From Octopus bimaculoides (lineage: Eukaryota): DNA of 64,000 nt. The stretch covers positions 170,918,211 through 170,982,210 of the forward strand of contig NC_068982.1 in assembly GCF_001194135.2 (NCBI RefSeq), in the 5' to 3' direction. The notes below the pieces were generated by a model. The model worked only from the letters and a program-made list of their open reading frames with translations. It did not search any database and was not told the DNA's origin. Below, one piece after another: positions 35,997-48,331 of the stretch (position 1 is the first letter of the stretch; every line of letters begins with the position of its first letter). A program made the translations under genes and the position numbers.

Positions 35997-36787
35997 GCAT
36001 AAGGTAAGTGAAAAGCTGTGATTGTAGGTGGATTGCATGGTCGAATATACAAGTCTGTAATATTTCTAGGTAGACTATTTATACGTAAGGAATTAAGCGC
36101 CCACTCCTCCTTTTTTATCTTCTTCCTGTATACATTTTACTTGTGAGGATGCAATACAATTTTAATCTAATGCATTATACTGCGATATATTTAGCAGACT
36201 ACAACTTTGTGTGTTAGAAATATATCTTCCGCATTATTACTGTATTTCTTAAAACAGGTTCAGTAATGCGTGCAAAGAAAATAAGCGAGAGGTTGCCCTT
36301 GATAAGTGTTAAGATATTAGTAATTGTTCGGTTAGTTAGGTTAGCTGATCTCATTGTAGTTTCTGAATTGCTAATGGCTTATATATAGAAACAGATGCAG
36401 TATATATATATTGACTTTTACAATCACATCCGAGACTAATGGGGAAAAGGGAGGAAGTTAGGAACATATTAGATATGTTTCGAATGCTTGCAGCAGGGCA
36501 ACTTTCGTTGAAAGTACCCAAGAGGTAGCATTAAACCATGTGATAGATTAAATCTACCATCCAAGAACAAAAATAATCTTTCCATGAAACTATATATCCT
36601 TGTGATCATCAACACAATTGCAATAAGGAAATCACTAATGCTGCCTTCATTGTATGGGCGTTGGCCTGTGGTTCTCAGCTTAGTAACTAATAACAAAGCA
36701 GCTGTCATATTACTATAGTGTCTTTGGCGCCATTGACAGTCAGTCACACCGCTCTCTGCAGTAAGTATGTTCTCTCTTACTGTCACA

Positions 36788-36891
<104 letters not shown>

Positions 36892-37149
36892 CCCAAAAGA
36901 ATTGTTATTGAAAGATTATGTTCTCTATCGTAGCACTTCTGATAAAATCTGTCACAAGATGAGATCCAGTAATCTTCCTGTTGTTTTTCTGCTTTAGAAA
37001 TCGTTGTATTTGAATTATGGTAAACAAAGTAACAGTTCCATTAGTGTCACGTGGTTTCCATTTGGTCAATTACCATCGTTAGGAGCGATTGATTAACCAA
37101 AAATTATTAGGGCTACTAATAGTTGTTTCTAATCAACGCATAAGAAAAC

Positions 37150-37335
37150 AAATTCCAGAAGACGGATTAGTCCAATGTATCGACACAAGCATTTGAATTA
37201 TTTTATCTGACATCGTAAGGCTTAAAGGCAAAGTTAATCTCGGTGCGATTTGATCATAGAACGTAAAGGGTCAGAGCAAATACTACATAGCATGTTTTGT
37301 CTGACGTTTTAATGATTCTGACAATCCACTGCTCT
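37150..37335 (-). mobile_element. SINE (Meta-like domain), diverged
   Basis: aaggcaaagttaatctcggtgcgatttgatcatagaacgtaaag is the reverse of the family core. Confidence 0.65.
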
Positions 37336-37861
37336 GAGGATACTTAATAACAAAACATCGATTTCTCATTTTGACACAAAAGCTCAATACCCAGAAGACG
37401 CAATAAAACCGTATGACACTATTTCAAATGCAGATATTATTGGTATATTCTTGAATACCACTGAGCAATGTAAGTCAAATGCATTCCTATAGGAATTTCA
37501 GCATATATCACACTTTTGAATTCTTAAACACTCATGCTATCCTTTCTGTCTTTTCATTGCCCTAAGAAAGAAAAATACCACAGAAAGGTCTTTCTTACAG
37601 AATGATCAACCAAGTGGCCCTCAAATCTCGACCAAATATCCCTTATTCGGAAGACAGTTGATATAATATTTTCAAGTAGAGAATACCTGACAACTAAAAA
37701 GAAAAGGCAAGATTGAATCACGAAACTTCCGATAACAGATTTCGTGTAATCCTTTACACACCAAGAGCAAAGGAATTTCCTAACAGCAGCATGAAAGACA
37801 AAAGCTGAATATAAAATAAAATGTTTTGCCTGACTTGCTAGAAATTGAAGTCAAGACTTAC

Positions 37862-37931
37862 CTGAATAGCGCCCCCAGAGTTCTAAGAAGTTCACAATGC
37901 ACTAGGTAATATAATTCTAAATACATGTTTT
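37862..37931 (-). CDS. Candidate 70-bp exon of an unidentified gene
   Basis: Acceptor catttttcag and consensus donor CAG|gtaagt; one open frame NMYLELYYLVHCELLRTLGALF with aaaacATG context. Could also be non-coding. Confidence 0.4.
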
Positions 37932-39005
37932 CTGAAAAATGATTGCTGAATATAAATGCAATATTCTTTTGCGTTCGGGTGGGTCATTATGCCAACATGC
38001 CGTTTCTATTTCATTTTTTAAATCATTTGTTTGTCAATTGGTTGTTAACTATTTAATCAATTAACAAGTCATTTGTTTGACTAATCGTTCGGCCAATCAA
38101 TCAACCAGTTCAGTTGGTTAAATAGTTAATCAATTGAAAAATAAATAATAAAGCTGTGAAAACGAATTGGCAGAATGCCTCTCAGGAAATGCAACAAAAT
38201 ATGTTTGAACACACGAATTTACATCAAGAATCTTACAAACATGATAAATAGAAAAAAAAAAGGAAGAAGTGCAGTACTTTTGATCTTAGGTTTCTTTATT
38301 TAAGGCTGAGATGGGCTTATTTTCATCAACGGTCCTAAATTATCGCAAAAGGAAATCTAATTTCTTCATGTAGTAAATGCTTAAGTAACAAGATCTTCTC
38401 AGAATAATACAAAATTAGAAAAATATGTTCACTACTGAGAGCTGACAATGTATGGTGATTATTATTACACATTTTTTGTTAATGCTCTAATACAAGAATT
38501 TATTATCTTCCTAGCGTTACTTATACAATGCTGTGTTAGTCACTATATATGTGGATACATAAACGTATATATATATATATATATATTTCTGAAGCCAATG
38601 TCGGTTTTAAATAGTGGCAGCATCATTGTACTTTTCTTTCGTCAATCGAGGATAAGCTTCGTTTATAGAAACATTACATCAGTGCTTTTTTTTCTTTTTT
38701 GTATCTTTGATATCGAAAAGGTAGTGTGAAGTAAGTTGCTTAAGGATACAATAGACCACCTATTAATTTCAATGATAATGCTATTTAACGAAAAGGAAAG
38801 CGAATCAATCACTTCCTTGAGATCAAATAGAAGTGAGGAGAAGAAGGAAATGACAGTAGAAGACGTACAAAGATGACAAAAATAACAATTAAACTAAGAA
38901 AAAGAACAAATGAAGACGGCAGCAAAAGAAAAAGGACAATGAAAGTGGTTATGACCAAGAATAACAGTAGAAACTAACAATTACCATCAATAAAAAATCG
39001 CTTGC

Positions 39006-39066
<61 letters not shown>

Positions 39067-39268
39067 CATGCACACACATATACACATACACGTATTTGTA
39101 TATGCACACGTACACACGTACACCCAGACAAATACACATATGTTTAAATATTCTTAGCAGAACTAAAAACAGAAAGTCAATACGAAGCTGCAAATATAAG
39201 TTTGCATATTGCATCTTCATCAGCAGTCTTATAGCAAGAACATTATCAGCCTGCAATGCTTCAGTTGC

Positions 39269-39307
<39 letters not shown>

Positions 39308-40626
39308 AACAAAGAAACACTGCAAGAAACAAGAGCAACGAGAAAATTAACAAGAACCTTCAAGATTAATAATAGCAACAATTATGTTGTGAAAAAAATA
39401 AAAGGACACAACAGAAAAGTGACGAGTGAGATAAAAAGGATTATGCTGAGTATCAAAGCGTAGATACGTGTGCAGTAATGATGCTGTAATTTTTCAGAGA
39501 AGTTACCTAATGACGCCTATGGTAACGATGCTTGCCGATGACTCCAACACAACGACGGTGATGACGTTGAAAACAATGCTGAATATGAACGTGACAAAAA
39601 TCAAGATGGTGATGATTATGATGACGAAGATGAATGTTATGTGGGTATTCTTGTGGATGGCAGCGGTGAAGATTTTGATAGTGGTGATAATTGTGCTGGT
39701 TGTTGTGTTGTCGATGATGTTAACAGTGATGATGAGGATAATATTGTGCTATGGGTATTGTTTGTTACGTTGGCGAACGTTTCAAACACCAGAATTGTAT
39801 GCAGTTTGTCGTAATAAACGAATTATATATATATATATNNNNNNNNNNNNNNNNNNNNNNNNNNNNNNNNNNNNNNNNNNNNNNNNNNNNNNNNNNNNNN
39901 NNNNNNNNNNNNNNNNNNNNNNNNNNNNNNNNNNNNNNNNNNNNNNNNNNNNNNNNNNNNNNNNNNNNNNNNNNNNNNNNNNNNNNNNNNNNNNNNNNNN
40001 NNNNNNNNNNNNNNNNNNNNNNNNNNNNNNNNNNNNNNNNNNNNNNNNNNNNNNNNNNNNNNNNNNNNNNNNNNNNNNNNNNNNNNNNNNNNNNNNNNNN
40101 NNNNNNNNNNNNNNNNNNNNNNNNNNNNNNNNNNNNNNNNNNNNNNNNNNNNNNNNNNNNNNNNNNNNNNNNNNNNNNNNNNNNNNNNNNNNNNNNNNNN
40201 NNNNNNNNNNNNNNNNNNNNNNNNNNNNNNNNNNNNNNNNNNNNNNNNNNNNNNNNNNNNNNNNNNNNNNNNNNNNNNNNNNNNNNNNNNNNNNNNNNNN
40301 NNNNNNNNNNNNNNNNNNNNNNNNNNNNNNNNNNNNNNNNNNNNNNNNNNNNNNNNNNNNNNNNNNNNNNNNNNNNNNNNNNNNNNNNNNNNNNNNNNNN
40401 NNNNNNNNNNNNNNNNNNNNNNNNNNNNNNNNNNNNNNNNNNNNNNNNNNNNNNNNNNNNNNNNNNNNNNNNNNNNNNNNNNNNNNNNNNNNNNNNNNNN
40501 NNNNNNNNNNNNNNNNNNNNNNNNNNNNNNNNNNNNNNNNNNNNNNNNNNNNNNNNNNNNNNNNNNNNNNNNNNNNNNNNNNNNNNNNNNNNNNNNNNNN
40601 NNNNNNNNNNNNNNNNNNNNNNNNNN

Positions 40627-40704
40627 AAGGGAGTTATCCCTCTCACCTCGACCAGCAGCACGAACGTTCGTGCTGCTGGTCGAGGTGAGAGGGATAACTC
40701 CCTT
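40627..40704. repeat. Perfect 78-bp spacerless palindrome at a contig edge
   Basis: 39-bp arms checked base by base; centre at 40665/40666; begins at the first base after the N-gap. Confidence 0.95.
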
Positions 40705-41092
40705 GGCAAACAGGACACAGTCGTGTGTCGATAAGCCAGCTGGAGGAGATGTCCTCCTGGGGCTAAAAGCAACAGTAACATCCACCCCTAGGGGTCAGCC
40801 ACACTTAAGTGGCAATATACTACACTTTATATATATATATATATATATATATGTTATTTTATGATATGCTTCTCTGCAGAGTCAGTTTTTGTATGAGTCA
40901 AAACGTTAAGAATGACCTCAGTCTGTTAATAGTGCGTATCTATCCCTGTATCGGATGTATAAGAAAATCAAACACTGATTAGTTTGAGTAAAGAACTCTT
41001 GAATGACAAGAATATAAATGTTACTCAGTAGCATTAAAACAAGTAGTACAGCAGTAATAATAGTAATATCTGTATTACTGTTGTTTTCACGA

Positions 41093-41280
41093 CGGTGAGT
41101 TGGTAGAATCGTTAGTACACCAGACAAAAATGCTTAGCAGTACCTCGTCCGTCTTTACGTTCCAAGTTCAAATTCAGCCAAAGTCGACATTTTGGGAAGC
41201 GTAGAATACGTACCTTTTGAGCATTGGGATCGATCTAATTGATTAGCACTTCCCGTTAAATTCCAGACCTTGAGCTTATA
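41093..41280 (+). mobile_element. SINE (Meta-like), diverged
   Basis: gagttggtagaatcgttag head and caagttcaaattcagccaaagtcgac core. Confidence 0.7.
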
Positions 41281-42061
41281 ATAGATATAACAATTAATAC
41301 TAGATAGAATGTAGACACATGTATAAATACAGTGACAGATAGATAGGAAAAAAGAAAACAGGTATGCAGTTTTACACAAAATTACGTTGTTGTCGATCGA
41401 AACATTGTGAGTAGACTTATAACAAGTGTTGCACAGTATGTTATAAACTCAGATCACGTGATTCAGAAGCAAGCATCTGAAGTAGAAGTTTATGCCTGCG
41501 CCTAAGTGATATGTGCTGTACCCAAGATATAAAATATATCATTGTTACCCACTAAGATATTTACACGTACATACACATATTTGAACATGAGATTATTCAA
41601 GCAGAAATTGACGTGATTAACATAATTGTATAATTGTTCCTATTTTAGTACCTAGATATTATTTCACGTATAAGGACTTCTATCAGTAATGAATATTTTT
41701 TACTTCATAAACATGAAAATCATATTAATAAACAATAGAATTAACAATGACAGTAACTGTAGCCCTATTAAAATTATCTCGATCATTATGAATAAAAAGA
41801 TATGAAATGTAATTTAAAATCGAATCGATGATATTACTATCAATTGTCACAGAGACAGTGACAATTAAGAAGCAATAAATATCAATTAAATAGAAAAAAA
41901 ATTGTTAATGTCACTTCTCGATACAGAAATGGAATCTGGTTGCCACCTTGATCTATCTTAATTATATATCTACTACTAGAAGCAACGATGTCAATAATCT
42001 CTCACTACAACCAAAAAGTAAAACATAACGACTCATATATATATATATATATATATATGCA

Positions 42062-42095
<34 letters not shown>

Positions 42096-42749
42096 TACGC
42101 ATACAAGCACTCACATATGAATATAACCATACTTCTGGAGTGGTTTCTACAAACCAGAATCCGATATAGGTAACAGTTTTTATTATATGTTGTTCATTTA
42201 TATTACTTGTGTTACAAATTTTCTCTCTCTTTTTTTCCCCCTCCCGATTGTTTAATATATCTTCAGTAAGACATCTTTCACCCAAGAATCTGTGGTTGAC
42301 ATCTTACTTTCTTTGAAAATTTCTCAGAAAAAGCATTTATGTAAAAATAAATAAGTAAATAATAAGTAAATGCTAATAAAATGGTAAGCAAGTCACAAGA
42401 ATGCATCAGTGGAATTTCTGCATGGTATTCAGAAATGTCAAAAATGGAGAAAAGACAATGAAATAAAGAATGGTAGAAAAACAGAAACACATACAGAAAG
42501 AATGAGGGAAAGCTATAGGGGGAGGGAGACAAAGGAAGAAATAAATAAATAGTCAACTCTTGTGAGAATTTTGAGAATTTTGAGTAAAATATCAACATGT
42601 CTCGTTTCACTCTACTTGGAAAGAATTTCTGGAATGGAAAAGAGATATAATAAGTTGCTTAAATGGATTTCAGATGGTTATTATATTTACTTTTCAATAC
42701 GCAATAGTGCATGCTTATATTTGTATGTAGACAGACACAGACACAAACA

Positions 42750-42804
<55 letters not shown>

Positions 42805-43544
42805 NNNNNNNNNNGTGTGTGTGTGTATGATTTTATGTATATACATTTGTATCTGTATATTCTATGTATAAAAGCATATTTATTTCTATTGGTGTAGAAG
42901 CACTGAATGTATATGTGCTTGAGTGAAGAACCATAAAGCAAGTGTGTAGCACGTAAGGCGTATCACAATACGAATGTCGCTACTATCATTCGTTAAGGGC
43001 GAAAGTATGAATATCACAACATCTCGTTTCTAGCAACTGCGGAAAATGTAGAATATTTCAGAAGCAACCAAAACCGTTATGGTAGTGTTTGTGCATCATT
43101 ATTGATATAGAATGAAAGATAAGATCATTACTTTATATACGCAGCCTTTACGCCTGGGGGAGAAAGTTATGGATATCATACAATGCCATTCTTATCTTTA
43201 CATAAGTGTGCCAAAGCTAAGAAATTAATATTCTCGAAGAGGAGCATTGTCTATTTGTGTATACGTCAGTTTCTATTTGTGTATATGTATCTGTGTATGG
43301 GCATCTATATAAATATATTTGGACGGACCTAATATACGTTTTCGATCTCAGAGTCACTACATTGAAATTGTGATTCCTTCCAGTCACATGACTTTCCGGA
43401 AATGTATGTAAGTTACAACTTCGAACGTTTTGCCGTATGTTTATACTTTGTGTCTTCCAATAGTCAATATGTCGTTCTTAGAAGGATTGGACTTCATTCT
43501 GTAGCAACTCCATACATTACATATAACCTCATATGGTGGTTTCA

Positions 43545-43760
43545 TATTATAGTAATTTCAAACTTTGGCACATGGCCAGCAATTGCGGGGGAAGGGTATG
43601 TCGATTACATTGACCCAGTGTTCCGCTGGTACATATCTTTTCGACTCCGAAAGGCAAAGTAGATCTCGGCGGAATTTGAACTGAGAAAGAAAAGACTGAC
43701 GAAACGCCACTAAGCACTTTTCCCGAGGTGCTAGCAATTCTACAGGCTCACCGCCTTAGT
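43545..43760 (-). mobile_element. SINE (Meta-like), near full length
   Basis: ccgaaaggcaaagtagatctcggcggaatttgaactgagaa core plus head and tail regions. Confidence 0.8.
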
Positions 43761-45631
43761 TCCATATCATATTAATTGGAACTGGGAAAAAACGTATCAT
43801 AAGTTATGTTGCACAAATAGTGTGCTGTGTGGGCTCACAAGCATAATAACGTAAGAAAAATGTAACTTATCCTACACTGAAGTGAGTATCACCAAACAGA
43901 ATTATAGCGTACTAATTTAGCGAAAAATAGTTGATGGACAAGACTATGTCAAAAGATAGATTGTAAATGACTGCGGGAAGTATTTTGCACAAGAAACAAG
44001 AAAGTTAAGTATAGAGCAAATTGGACGCAGAGTAGGGCCGAGGATGATAACGATGTTGGAGGCTGTAATGGGCAATTCAACATCACATGAAATCGATTCT
44101 ATTTCACATTCTAATAAATCAGTGTATAAAGATTTGACTGTATTCCTCTCTTTCTCTCTCTCTTACACACACACTAACTAGCAATATATCTATCTGTCTA
44201 TCTCTGTACCTGCTTGTCTGTCTTTCTGTGTGCCCGTCTGTCTTTCTATCTATCTATTTCACAGCCTCTCTCAAATACACACTAACACGTACACATACAG
44301 GTATAAGAATTTTTGTTCTCTAACAGTTTTAAAGTAAAACCTTATATAACGATTTATAACAACAGTTTATACGATATAAAATATTTGTTTGTTAACAGCC
44401 TATCGGCATCTTGACTTGTTTCATGAGCCACTATTTCATACATAGCACTGTGATGTGTTCTAGGAAATGGAAGTTACTAACTAGGAGTTATCTTTTAAAG
44501 TTTTGAGACATATTGCTAGCACTCGTATATTGCTTATAGGTGTAAAAGCATAGAAGGATGAAATGGGAGGAATCATAAAAAGCAGGCTTAGTTAGGAAGA
44601 ATATGCCTGGAGTGCTATTGAGTAATGTTTTTAATATCGACTATATTACAGATGGAAACTACAGAAAATCAAAGTGGTGTTTTATACGGATTTGAGAACT
44701 CAGTTTATTGAAGCAAGCGCAGACTTCAAAACAATATGGTTTACTTTACCAAAATGAGATGCAAAATCGACATACTCAACAAATACCTATCCTCCGGCAT
44801 AGTGAAATATTGGATAATAGCATTAAAATCAAAACGGTTTTAGTTTAAATCTAAACCAAACGATAAGATCTGAAAACAAGTGTAAAACATATTGATCAAA
44901 ATACAGTATATATTGAATTAAAAAAAAAAATGCTGGAAAATATAGTTAGTGCTAACTGTTTAATGTAATGAGCAGAACAAACAAATTTGAAACCCTTATG
45001 CGATTAAGGGTAAATACTAATATTATTTTAATCATTCCAACAATGCAGCAGCCAGCTAGAGACATACATTTGACTTCCTAGATTCCTTCAATAAAATAAG
45101 ACTTTATCGTACCAAGAGAGAATACCTAAGTATCTTCGCAATAGTATATAAGTGTAGGCAGAATATAATAAAAATTCTATTCTATGAAATGAGTTACTTA
45201 GAGACGACATCTGCAAGAAAAATTGTACTTAAGTCAGTGTTAACCCGCTTATTCATGTAAATATCAATTAGAAATATGGAGTATTCTGATACAAATGATA
45301 ACATTTTTGCGAGAATAAAGTAGAGAATACCTATAATCTTTCACTCAGGGCTAACTCTCAAAATTACTATACTATTAAAATCAAATTTTCATTTATCATT
45401 TACTATATGTTGGAAAAATTTGTAGTGAAATATGTGATTCATTTTGGTAATTATCTTGCGCATATATTCCACATAAAACGTTTTGTTTATTTGGAGATAA
45501 ATAGCATCAAATCCAACCACTCAAAGTATGAAAAGCAGGCTAGAGAATTAAGGTAAACACAAAGTAACTTTATAATATGACAGAGCAGCCATGCTTGTCT
45601 AACGCAATGTGTTAATATTATTTCGCCAAAA

Positions 45632-45843
45632 GGCGGCGAGCTGGAAGAAACGTTAGCACGGCGGTTGAAATGCTTAGCAGTATTTCGTCTGTCTTTATGT
45701 TCTGAGTTCAAATTCCGCCGAGGTCGACTTTACCTTTCAGCCTTTCGTGGTCGATAAATTAAGTACCAGTTGCGTAGTGGCGTCGATCTAACCGACTGGG
45801 CTTCTCCCCAAAAATTTGGGGCCTTGTGCCTAGAGTAGAAAAG
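45632..45843 (+). mobile_element. SINE (Meta-like), full length with 18-bp target-site duplication
   Basis: Best-preserved copy; flanked by aatattatttcgccaaaa (45614-45631) and aatgttatttcgccaaaa (45844-45861). Confidence 0.9.
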
Positions 45844-45861
45844 AATGTTATTTCGCCAAAA

Positions 45862-46170
45862 AGACAGTGAGCTGGCAGAATCGGTAGCACTCCTGACAAA
45901 ATGCTTAGCGGCATATCTTCCGTATTTACATTCTGAGCTAATACTTCGCCGAGCTCGATGTTGCCTTGCATCCTTTCGGTGTCTTTAAAATACGTGTTGT
46001 CAATTGGGATCAAATTTAACTGACTAACAATCAATAACAAAATTACTGTATTGTGCTTAGAGTAGAAAGGATTAGTTCCTCAATCTTATGGTGGAAAGAT
46101 GGCAGAAACGTTAGGAGGCATTTCTGGCGACTTTACGTTCTCAGTTGAAATTCGCCGAGTTCGGCTCATC
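45862..46170 (+). mobile_element. Two further head-to-tail SINE copies, older; the second is partial
   Basis: gagctggcagaatcggtagcac head; a second gatggcagaaacgttag...gaaattcgccgag from about 46095. Confidence 0.75.
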
Positions 46171-47648
46171 GTTTCGCGCTGGTATGTTTAAAGTTAGAGT
46201 TAGAGTAATATTGGACTAATCTTGCTGGCTGCGTGGCAAAATTAGAAAGAATTATTTCATGAAATAGCAACAGCATTGGAACTAGAATATGGAAATTGTG
46301 TATCAAACTATAAAATAAATGAATTAAACTATAAAATAATCTCAGCGCATTTGCATAAATTGTGAGACACAGTGGAATAGTAAAGTGTACATGAATTGAT
46401 GGAAGATAAGTTTCGGGTTCGTTATACAAAATCCGAGAAAGAAAATATCTCTCCTACGATTTCAGGATACGAACAGAAAAACTGAAGTAGAATAAATACA
46501 ATAAGGGGAGAAACTGGGAGAATTAAACTGGGAGAAATAAAACTGTACATACGTAACCACACACACGCACACACGAACGTACGAACGCACAAACACAGAC
46601 ACATGCATAAACACACGTGTGTGTGTGTGTGTCTGAGTGTCTGTGTATATATGTTTGTGTGTGTGTGTCTATGTGTAAGTGTGTGTGCACGTGTTTATAT
46701 GTAAGTATATGCATGCATATTTGTAAGTATGCATTCTTTGTGTATCTGCGTATCGACATGCAAAAGAATTTTGAAATTCGTACGACTATTTACATAATTT
46801 TAATTCGTGTACACTCACAACCGAAGATTGTTCTAATTTAAATATTACTTACACAGGTAGAAGCGCTATGGACGTGATTTGAACGACACCCGCATAAAAT
46901 ATGATTTATATGAACAAGGCCCGTAATGAAAGCTGTCGTTTTATATATGTATATCAAATGAATAATAACATACGATAGATAATTGTGAGCTGACAATTAT
47001 CCATCGTTTGATTATAATAAACCAAAGGAATTTACGACTTGTTGGACAACGTAGTCTATACCAACAAAGTAACTGCTCAAAATAACGATTAATTTGGACC
47101 AGCCCCTTAGGCGCTAAATACTCATAGGGTTGGTTTTCTCTGTGTACACAAGCGAAATATCCTGTCTGATATTTCGACTCTCACCAACCATACGGCAGAA
47201 CCACAAATATTACACAACCCTACCTGGTGCATACCTTTTCAAGCACCCGAATATATCGGAATCCTTATCTTAATTCTCATATATATATATATATATANNN
47301 NNNNNNNNNNNNNNNNNNNNNNNNNNNNNNNNNNNNNNNNNNNNNNNNNNNNNNNNNNNNNNNNNNNNNNNNNNNNNNNNNNNNNNNNNNNNNNNNNNNN
47401 NNNNNNNNNNNNNNNNNNNNNNNNNNNNNNNNNNNNNNNNNNNNNNNNNNNNNNNNNNNNNNNNNNNNNNNNNNNNNNNNNNNNNNNNNNNNNNNNNNNN
47501 NNNNNNNNNNNNNNNNNNNNNNNNNNNNNNNNNNNNNNNNNNNNNNNNNNNNNNNNNNNNNNNNNNNNNNNNNNNNNNNNNNNNNNNNNNNNNNNNNNNN
47601 NNNNNNNNNTATATATATATATATATATATATAAGATACGCACACACA

Positions 47649-47702
<54 letters not shown>

Positions 47703-48299
47703 CTGATGTAGTTATATACTTGTGTATAATGTTATGAATAGGCAAATAAATCTGGTTGTAATATTCTACACACAATAATGCGCGCGCACACACAAATTCA
47801 CCCACATACATTTATATATATATGGCTTACATAACAATGAATGTATTACTATTGCGCACATTTGAAATTTATGCATATTGTGGGTACTATATATAACAGA
47901 TTACAAGAATAAAGACACATTTGGTTGCATGAATTCATGTAGTAAAATGCGAATGTGTTTGTCTTTACTCATTGCATGTATTTGATCTTGTGTGTGCTTG
48001 GCTATGGATATATGTGTTTGCTGTCCTCAACGACTATATTAGTGTATACGTGTCAGCATCAGCTTGCGTCTTCCTGTGTCACTACTGGAGTCTTCGTCAC
48101 TATGAATGATGTGTTTTTCAGCGGCTTGCCAACAATGTGAACTAATGAGGCGCCATTTTGAGGACACGCTCTTCGATGCAGCTTGCGGCCATTAAACAAA
48201 TGAGACCGACCAAAAGAATACTTCCGTCGATGGAATATGGAGTGAAAAAAAAAGAAGCATTAATGAACACTCTTGTGCCTACACGTGTATAATATATAC

Positions 48300-48331
<32 letters not shown>

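Noticed and set aside
39500-39815. Asp/Glu-rich reading frame after an acceptor-like site
   Set aside because: Decayed (GAT)n microsatellite with an early stop; 28040-28330 is similar.
40666-40800. HDV-like ribozyme (GGCTAA and a P4-like hairpin present)
   Set aside because: I could not thread a valid P2/P3/L3 nested pseudoknot on either strand; the same attempt failed for 63250-63417.
42745-42830. (CA)n facing (TG)n as a hairpin
   Set aside because: The arms are separated by a 10-N gap, so the junction is not observed.
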